From positions 66,813 to 130,812 of the forward strand of contig CABZIF010000001.1 in assembly GCA_902525735.1 (NCBI GenBank): a DNA stretch of 64,000 bases, read 5' to 3'. The translations under genes and the position numbers were made by a program. Under the pieces are notes generated by a model. That model was given only the letters and a program-made list of their open reading frames with translations. It ran no database searches and was not told where the DNA came from. The stretch's first letter is position 1; every line of letters starts with the position of its first letter. Positions 57,543-64,000 of this stretch are shown here, piece after piece. Source of the DNA: an uncultured SAR86 cluster bacterium (GTDB lineage Bacteria > Pseudomonadota > Gammaproteobacteria > Magnimaribacterales > AG-339-G14).

Positions 57543-58994
57543 ATGTCTAACGAAAAAATACAGGAAATGGAAAAGATCCTTAAACTTCAAAAAAAATTAT
57601 ATATTGAAGAAGAAACGCCTAGTCTAGAATTAAGGGAAGACAGACTAAATAGATGCGTTGAAATGCTCAAGAAATATAATGTTGAAATTTTAGATGCTAT
57701 TCAAGAAGATTTTGGTAACAGAGACTATAAAGCAGGTTTTATATCAGAAATTATGTCAACGATTGGTTCTATTAATCATGCTAAAGAAAATGTAAAAAAA
57801 TGGATGAAAGATGAGAAAAGGAAAAGCAATCCTTCTCAACCTTTTGCAATAAGGACAGTAATGTCTTTATTTGGAGCGAAATCATGGATCAAATATCAGC
57901 CTTTAGGAACAGTTGGTGTAATAAGTCCATGGAATTTTCCGATTAATCTTGTTCTATCTCCACTAGGAACAATTTTCGCCGCGGGTAATAGAGTAATGAT
58001 TAAACCATCTGAATTTACACCAGTGACTTCTGATTTAACAGAAAAAATGTTCAAAGAGTTTTTTGATCCTTCAGAAGCTGCCGTTTTCACTGGAGGACCA
58101 GATGTAGCAGCAGCATTTAGTGCTTTGCCTTTTGATCACTTACTTTTCACCGGAAGCACTCAAACTGGAAAATTAGTTATGAAATCAGCGTCAGAAAATT
58201 TGGTTCCAGTAACTTTAGAGCTGGGTGGAAAATCACCTGTAATAGTTGATGAAAATGCTGACCTAAAAAATACTGCTACTAAAGTTATGAGAGGGAAGAC
58301 AATGAATGCGGGACAAATCTGTTTAGCTCCTGATTATGTAATGGTGCCGAAAGGAAAATCTGAGGATTTCGTAAAAGAATCGGAAACTGCAGTTAAATCA
58401 ATGTATGAAAATTTAAAATATAACCAGAGTTATACTTCAGTGATTAATGAAAAACATTACGATCGCTTAAATAGTTTAATTGAAGATGCTAAAGAAAAGG
58501 GCGCAGATATAAGAGTAATAAATCCTGCCGATGAGGATTTCAGTCAACAAGAAGTCCATAAAATTCCACCAACCTTGGTATTAAATCCTACGGACGACAT
58601 GGATATTATGAAAGAGGAAATATTTGGTCCTTTATTGCCAGTCAAAGAATATGATGATTTTCAAGAGACTATAGGTTATGTAAATTCCAAAGACAGGCCT
58701 CTAGGTTTGTACTATTTTGGGAACGATAAAAAAAGAGAAAATGATGTTTTAAATAATACTATTTCGGGTGGAGTGACTCTCAATGATGTTATTTGGCATA
58801 TAGGTCAAGAGGATATCCCTTTTGGAGGGGTTGGGCCAAGTGGTACTGGAAATTATCACGGCTTCGATGGTTTTAAAAACTTTAGCCATGCAAAAGCAAT
58901 TTATAAACAATTTTCAGCTGACCTTTTAGCCCCTATGATGCCTCCCTATAAAGGAAAGCAATTCGATTCGACTAAAGACTCAGTATTGAAATAA
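57543..58994 (+). CDS. NAD(P)-dependent aldehyde dehydrogenase (coniferyl-aldehyde DH-like)
   Basis: It carries VISPWNFP, ELGGKSP, the catalytic Cys in NAGQICLAPDY and EEIFGPLLPV. Confidence 0.85.
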   Translation: MSNEKIQEMEKILKLQKKLYIEEETPSLELREDRLNRCVEMLKKYNVEILDAIQEDFGNRDYKAGFISEIMSTIGSINHAKENVKKWMKDEKRKSNPSQPFAIRTVMSLFGAKSWIKYQPLGTVGVISPWNFPINLVLSPLGTIFAAGNRVMIKPSEFTPVTSDLTEKMFKEFFDPSEAAVFTGGPDVAAAFSALPFDHLLFTGSTQTGKLVMKSASENLVPVTLELGGKSPVIVDENADLKNTATKVMRGKTMNAGQICLAPDYVMVPKGKSEDFVKESETAVKSMYENLKYNQSYTSVINEKHYDRLNSLIEDAKEKGADIRVINPADEDFSQQEVHKIPPTLVLNPTDDMDIMKEEIFGPLLPVKEYDDFQETIGYVNSKDRPLGLYYFGNDKKRENDVLNNTISGGVTLNDVIWHIGQEDIPFGGVGPSGTGNYHGFDGFKNFSHAKAIYKQFSADLLAPMMPPYKGKQFDSTKDSVLK

Positions 58995-59018
58995 TTTATC
59001 TGTATAGTTTTATATCTT

Positions 59019-60263
59019 ATGGAAACTAAAGATATATCTCTATCCATTGCTTTTGAATATTTAAGATCGAAAACCAAGGGAGCCACTTCTTTTGTTTCAT
59101 CTTTAGCCTATGCGTGCGTCGCAATTGGAGTAGCTGTTTTGATAATAGTTTCTTCGGTTATGAATGGCTTTGAAAAAGAACTTCGTGACAGGATACTTAA
59201 TGTTATTCCTCATGCCTCAATAATGGGAGTTGTTCCAATTTCAAATTGGAGTGAATTATACGAAGTATTGAAAGAGCATCCTAAAGTAATGGGAGTTTCT
59301 CCCTTTGTTCAATCTCAAATGTTGATTGGAAGTTCAGATGAAGTATATGGATCCAATTTAATAGGAATAGTTCCAGATTCTGAAAAAAACGTTTCTGTTG
59401 TCTCTAATTTTATTATAAAGGGCAGCTATGACACTTTAAATGAAAACGGAAATAATATAATTGTAGGAGAGTTGTTAGCAAGAAAGTTAAACTTAGATAT
59501 TGGTAATCAAGTGTCTTTAATGCTCCCAGATACCAAAGCTTCATTTGCTGGCTATTTTCCAAAAATCAAAAACTTCAAAGTAACAGGAATTTTTAGAGTT
59601 GGGGCACCTGACATTGACGAAGGAGTTGCTTACGTAAATATTGTTCAAGCAGCAAATTTGCTATCAATCAAAGATCAAATTCAGGGTTTTAGAATTAAGT
59701 TTGATGATTTGTTTGATGCTAATTACTTATCATGGGAAGTACTGATGGATGTGGAGGATTACACCGATCAGATATTAATTTCCGAAAATTGGACAGTAAC
59801 CTACGGGCCTTTATTTGAAGCAATAATGATGGAAAAAACATTAGTTGGAATTTTGGTATTTTTAATAGTTTTAGTTGCAGCTTTTAATATTGTCTCGATG
59901 TTGATAATGATGATTAACGATAAAAAAGCTCAATTAGCAATTTTCAAAACCATGGGCATGTCGAAATATGAAATTAGAAAAATATTTCTTTATCTTGGAG
60001 CAATGATTTCTTTGATTGGCTCTTTGGTTGGTCTTGGATTGGGTATATTAATTTCCTATTTGCTTTCATCAAGATTTTTTGAAGAAGTGATAAATTCTTT
60101 GATGCAAGATACTTATTTCATAAATTACTTTCCAATAGATATAAGGTTTTCTTGGGTCTTTTTTATCTTATTTTCTACGATTATTCTCACTCTTTTGGTT
60201 TGTTTGTATCCCGCCAGAGTCGCTTCCAAAGTTGTTCCAGCAGAGGTTTTGAGAAATGAGTAA
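59019..60263 (+). CDS. lolC: Lipoprotein-releasing system permease LolC/LolE
   Basis: It has FtsX-type topology (TM1, a large periplasmic loop, then 3 C-terminal TM segments). It carries SSVMNGFEKELRDRIL and sits upstream of lolD. Confidence 0.8.
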   Translation: METKDISLSIAFEYLRSKTKGATSFVSSLAYACVAIGVAVLIIVSSVMNGFEKELRDRILNVIPHASIMGVVPISNWSELYEVLKEHPKVMGVSPFVQSQMLIGSSDEVYGSNLIGIVPDSEKNVSVVSNFIIKGSYDTLNENGNNIIVGELLARKLNLDIGNQVSLMLPDTKASFAGYFPKIKNFKVTGIFRVGAPDIDEGVAYVNIVQAANLLSIKDQIQGFRIKFDDLFDANYLSWEVLMDVEDYTDQILISENWTVTYGPLFEAIMMEKTLVGILVFLIVLVAAFNIVSMLIMMINDKKAQLAIFKTMGMSKYEIRKIFLYLGAMISLIGSLVGLGLGILISYLLSSRFFEEVINSLMQDTYFINYFPIDIRFSWVFFILFSTIILTLLVCLYPARVASKVVPAEVLRNE

Positions 60264-60930
60264 CAAAGTTGTTGATGTGAAAGATTTAAAGAAAAATTTT
60301 TTTGATAATTCAAATATTATAAAAGCAGTGAACGAGGTTAGTTTTTCAGTTAATGAATCCGACATAATGATCATCTTTGGACGTTCCGGCTCAGGTAAAT
60401 CGACACTTCTTCATCTGTTAGCTGGCTTAGAAACTATCACTAGTGGCCAAATAAAATTTGAAAATTATGATTTTCAAGATTTGACACTTGATGAGTTAGC
60501 ATCAATAAGGAGGACAAATATTGGGTTTGTTTATCAATTTCATCATTTAATTCCTGAATTCAAAGCAATTGATAACGCGGCGTTTCCTCTGCTGCTTAAC
60601 GGTCAGTCAAAAGAAGTAGCCTATGAAAAATCAAGACTAATATTAGCTAAATTTGGACTTGAAAAAAGATTATTCCACAAGCCTAATCAATTATCCGGAG
60701 GAGAAAGGCAACGTGTCGCCATTGCAAGAGCCCTTATACATGACCCAAAGTTTGTTTTGCTAGACGAGCCAACAGGAGATCTTGATCGTGAAACTGCCCA
60801 AGAAGTTAGAGAGATGTTAAAAGATTTTATGATAAATTCTAAATCTTCCTTAATAATAGCTACTCATGATAGAAGTTTTGAAGAAATATCAGATTTTCAG
60901 AAAACAATGGACTCAGGTTCTTTTATATGA
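60256..60930 (+). CDS. lolD: Lipoprotein-releasing system ATPase LolD
   Basis: It carries Walker [10 protein letters not shown], the signature [15 protein letters not shown] and Walker [13 protein letters not shown]. It overlaps lolC by 8 nt. Confidence 0.85.
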   Translation: MSNKVVDVKDLKKNFFDNSNIIKAVNEVSFSVNESDIMIIFGRSGSGKSTLLHLLAGLETITSGQIKFENYDFQDLTLDELASIRRTNIGFVYQFHHLIPEFKAIDNAAFPLLLNGQSKEVAYEKSRLILAKFGLEKRLFHKPNQLSGGERQRVAIARALIHDPKFVLLDEPTGDLDRETAQEVREMLKDFMINSKSSLIIATHDRSFEEISDFQKTMDSGSFI

Positions 60931-60949
60931 ACGCTAAGGTATTCTTTAT

Positions 60950-61552
60950 ATGTCTTACATAATTCTTTCAGGCGGTTTTATAATTTGGCCAATAATTTTG
61001 CTTTCGATTATTTCTTTAGCAATAGTCATTGAAAAATCATGGAATTTAGCGAGAGATGTTGTTTTACCAAAGGATTTAACCAAAGACGTTATATCTCAAA
61101 TTGAGAAAAAATCTTTAACGAATAGCATGAAAGAAAAAATGGCTAGGGACTCTATACAAGGAAACATTTTTCTTGGACTTATGGAAGAAAAATTAAAAAG
61201 TAAAACTAATTTAAGGCTTCGCGCCGAGGAAATAGGAAGATTTGAAATAAATAGACTTGAAAAATTTTTGACGTTGTTAGGAACAATTGCCTCTGTTTCT
61301 CCCATTTTAGGCCTACTAGGAACAGTAACTGGAATGATTTCTATATTCAGTAATTTGTTAGTTTCAGGAACTAATTCAATCGGGCCACTGGCCGGTGGAA
61401 TAGCAGAAGCCTTGGTTACAACTGCTGCTGGACTAATAGTTGCTATTCCGAGTCTTATTTTCTACAGATCTTTTAATAGGACAATAGAAAATTATTCGCT
61501 AGAGCTGGAAGAAGAATCTAATAAATTAATTAATTATTTATCAAAAAATTGA
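60950..61552 (+). CDS. exbB: MotA/TolQ/ExbB proton-channel protein
   Basis: It has 3 TM segments and carries LGTIASVSPILGLLGTVTGMI and GIAEALVTTAAGLIVAIP. Confidence 0.8.
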   Translation: MSYIILSGGFIIWPIILLSIISLAIVIEKSWNLARDVVLPKDLTKDVISQIEKKSLTNSMKEKMARDSIQGNIFLGLMEEKLKSKTNLRLRAEEIGRFEINRLEKFLTLLGTIASVSPILGLLGTVTGMISIFSNLLVSGTNSIGPLAGGIAEALVTTAAGLIVAIPSLIFYRSFNRTIENYSLELEEESNKLINYLSKN

Positions 61553-61962
61553 AATTTAAGAAAAAAAAATCTCCTGAAATTAATTTAGAAATCACCCCCT
61601 TAGTGGATGTTATTTTTTTATTGCTCATATTCTTTGTATTGAGTACACAGTTAATAGATTTAAAAACCATGTCCATAGATTTACCAACTATTGACAAAAA
61701 AACAATGAGTAATCTGCCGGAAAAAAGAGTCAAAATAGAAATATCTAGAGAAGGAGAGGTTTTGATCAATAATACAATTTTAGACAATTTTTCCATCAAG
61801 ACTTTAAATGAAGAGCTCAGAGCTATTTCTCCTGATATAAAAACAGCCACTATTTCTGCAGATTCAGATACAAAATATCAATATTTAGTTACTATCATGG
61901 AATCTTTAAATAGAAACGGCTTCAAAAATATTCAAATTAATGGAGTTTCACAGGCAAATTGA
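61549..61962 (+). CDS. exbD: ExbD/TolR family protein
   Basis: It has a TTG start overlapping the exbB stop. It carries EINLEITPLVDVIFLLLIFF followed by a periplasmic domain. Confidence 0.75.
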   Translation: MKFKKKKSPEINLEITPLVDVIFLLLIFFVLSTQLIDLKTMSIDLPTIDKKTMSNLPEKRVKIEISREGEVLINNTILDNFSIKTLNEELRAISPDIKTATISADSDTKYQYLVTIMESLNRNGFKNIQINGVSQAN

Positions 61963-61963
61963 T

Positions 61964-64000
61964 ATGTCTAAGAAAAAATCTTACTATCTCAGGCTACTTT
62001 CTTATGTAAAACCTTATTATGGTTATTTTTTAATAAGCTTCTTTGGATTTGCAATTTTTGCATCTACGCAAGTTGCAATAGCCGAGTGGTTTAAACAAAT
62101 TGTTGATTATATTGGTGCTCCTGATAAATCAAAGTCACTTTTTCTACCTTTAGCTTTAGTAGGATTAGCTGCATTTAGGGGAATAGGCTCTTATTTGGGT
62201 CATTTTTTTATGCATTATGTATCTTTGAATTTAGTTCATGATTTAAGATCTGAACTCTTTAAATCATTAGTTTTTCTGCCTTCAAAGTATTATGACGAAA
62301 ATAATAGAGGTCACCTTTTATCAAGGATTACCTTTAATGTAGGCCAAGTAAGAGATTCTGGAAGTGAAGCAATTAAGATTTTATTTAGAGAGGGCTTAAT
62401 TGCAATAGGTCTTCTAAGTTATCTTTTGTACCTCAATTGGAAACTTTCATTAGTGTTTTTAATAACTGCGCCTTTCATAAGCGGAATTATATATTTAGCA
62501 GCAAGAAGGCTTAAAAGAGTAAGCACTAGACTTCAAAACGCTATGGGAGATGTTACTCATGTCAGCTCTGAATCAATTAATGCAAATAAAGAAATAAAAT
62601 TATTCAATCAACAAGAAGCTGAAAATATGAGATTTAAAAAAGCAAGTATGGATAATACCATTGCTTACCTAAAATTTGAATCAACCAATGCAATTTCTTC
62701 TCCTTTAATACAAATCATTCTATCTCTTGCACTGGCTCTAATAACTTGGATTGCTTTAGATTCAAATGTATTGGAAGTTATGACTGCTGGAACTTTCATT
62801 GCATTCTTTGGCGCAGCAGGAATGTTGGCCAAGCCTATAAGACAATTAACTCAAGTAAACGCAATGGTACAAAGAGGAGTTGCAGCGTCTGAAACAATTT
62901 TTGATCAACTTGATGAATTGCCTGAACAAGACAATGGGGATGTCATATTAAATGAGTGTAGGGGAAAGCTTGAATTTAAAGATGTCTCTTTTAGTTATGA
63001 GAATTCTAACGATGTTGCATTAGATAACTTATCTTTTAATGCTTCGCCTAGCGAAACTCTCGCGATAGTTGGCTCTTCGGGAGCAGGGAAGTCAACTATA
63101 ATAAATCTAATTCCAAGGTTTTATGAAGTATCTAGTGGCGAAATTTTAATTGATGACTATTCTTTAAATGAAATAGAACTTTCAAACTTAAGAGAAAATA
63201 TATCGGCAGTAGGACAAACAACTGTTTTGTTCAATGATACTGTTTTTAATAACATTAAGTACGCTAATCCTGAAGCTTCCGAAGAGGAAATAATTGAAGC
63301 ATCCAAGCAAGCTCATGCCCATGAATTTATTTCAGAACTTCCAAATAAATACGAAACTCTAATTGGTAATGATGGAACTTTACTATCTGGTGGGCAAAGA
63401 CAAAGAATTGCAATCGCTCGAGCCTTTTTAAAAAAATGCTCGATTTTGCTTTTAGATGAAGCGACATCAGCATTGGATTCTGAATCTGAAAAACTTGTAC
63501 AAGATGCAATAGAAAAATTAAAAATTGGCAAAACTACAATAGTTATAGCTCATCGATTATCTACTGTTGAAAATGCCAATGAAATAATTGTAATAAAAAA
63601 AGGGAAGATTGTTGAAAAGGGAAATCACAAAGATTTACTATCTCTAGAAGGAGAATATTTTGAACTGTATAAAAATCAATTTTCTGATAAAGATTTACAA
63701 TCTTCAGAAGAATCCAAAATAATTCTTCCTCCTATAAAAATTGAAGAAAAATCTCCACAAGGATTGATTGAAAAGGCCTGGTACGAAAATAAATCATGGA
63801 TAAAATTCATGTTACCTTTGTCTTGGATATTTAATGTCTTGACGGCAATTAGAAAAAGAAGACAAAAAAAGGATGCATGGAAACCCGATCAAAAAGTAAT
63901 AGTAGTAGGAAATTTGAGCGTGGGAGGGAATGGTAAAACTCCTTTTGTTATCTGGCTAGCAAATATCTTGAAAAATAAAGGACTTAAACCTGGAATTGTT
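61964..64000 (+). CDS. msbA-lpxK: MsbA (lipid A flippase ABC transporter) fused in frame to LpxK (tetraacyldisaccharide 4'-kinase); 3-prime end beyond window
   Basis: It is not in the track because no stop is reached. My translation from the ATG at 61964 gives a 6-TM domain, Walker A GSSGAGKST, the signature LSGGQRQRIAIARA and Walker B ILLLDEATSALD. A linker follows, then the LpxK N-terminus WYENKSW...VIVVGNLSVGGNGKTP in the same frame (positions congruent to 2 mod 3). Confidence 0.8.
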   Translation, partial: MSKKKSYYLRLLSYVKPYYGYFLISFFGFAIFASTQVAIAEWFKQIVDYIGAPDKSKSLFLPLALVGLAAFRGIGSYLGHFFMHYVSLNLVHDLRSELFKSLVFLPSKYYDENNRGHLLSRITFNVGQVRDSGSEAIKILFREGLIAIGLLSYLLYLNWKLSLVFLITAPFISGIIYLAARRLKRVSTRLQNAMGDVTHVSSESINANKEIKLFNQQEAENMRFKKASMDNTIAYLKFESTNAISSPLIQIILSLALALITWIALDSNVLEVMTAGTFIAFFGAAGMLAKPIRQLTQVNAMVQRGVAASETIFDQLDELPEQDNGDVILNECRGKLEFKDVSFSYENSNDVALDNLSFNASPSETLAIVGSSGAGKSTIINLIPRFYEVSSGEILIDDYSLNEIELSNLRENISAVGQTTVLFNDTVFNNIKYANPEASEEEIIEASKQAHAHEFISELPNKYETLIGNDGTLLSGGQRQRIAIARAFLKKCSILLLDEATSALDSESEKLVQDAIEKLKIGKTTIVIAHRLSTVENANEIIVIKKGKIVEKGNHKDLLSLEGEYFELYKNQFSDKDLQSSEESKIILPPIKIEEKSPQGLIEKAWYENKSWIKFMLPLSWIFNVLTAIRKRRQKKDAWKPDQKVIVVGNLSVGGNGKTPFVIWLANILKNKGLKPGIV

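Overview
This window reads as core chromosome of a low-GC, tightly packed marine gammaproteobacterium. SAR86-like is my guess only and cannot be verified here. I count about 70 CDS and 5 tRNAs (Leu-CAA, Glu-UUC, Gly-GCC, Gly-UCC, Ser-UGA). I found no rRNA, CRISPR array, transposase or integrase. Recognisable content: plsB (partial), yajC-secD-secF, suhB/trmJ, glnK-amtB, a TonB-dependent receptor, a MATE pump and a blue-tuned proteorhodopsin next to an alternative oxidase. It continues with glcB, dapE, acyl-CoA dehydrogenase and enoyl-CoA hydratase genes, a block of secreted or assorted hydrolases, trxB, ftsK-lolA-serS, sohB, an RRM RNA-binding protein, trpS, and lolCE-lolD-exbB-exbD-msbA. The strongest unusual signals are these. 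(1) A promoter-proximal element on the minus strand at 8672-8801 carries, in order, the conserved blocks of the cyanobacterial glutamine riboswitch. It sits upstream of a 54-aa protein with three YRG repeats and converges on glnK-amtB. Its P2 arm holds a roughly 70-nt insertion with degenerate copies of the conserved blocks. (2) msbA and lpxK are joined in frame as one reading frame that runs off the 3-prime edge. (3) A promoter-to-terminator unit of about 185 nt lies directly upstream of trpS and contains a 57-nt almost pure purine tract. (4) Three tandem paralog pairs of uncharacterised membrane or outer-membrane proteins are present. All family assignments come from motif recognition by eye. 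No database search was run.
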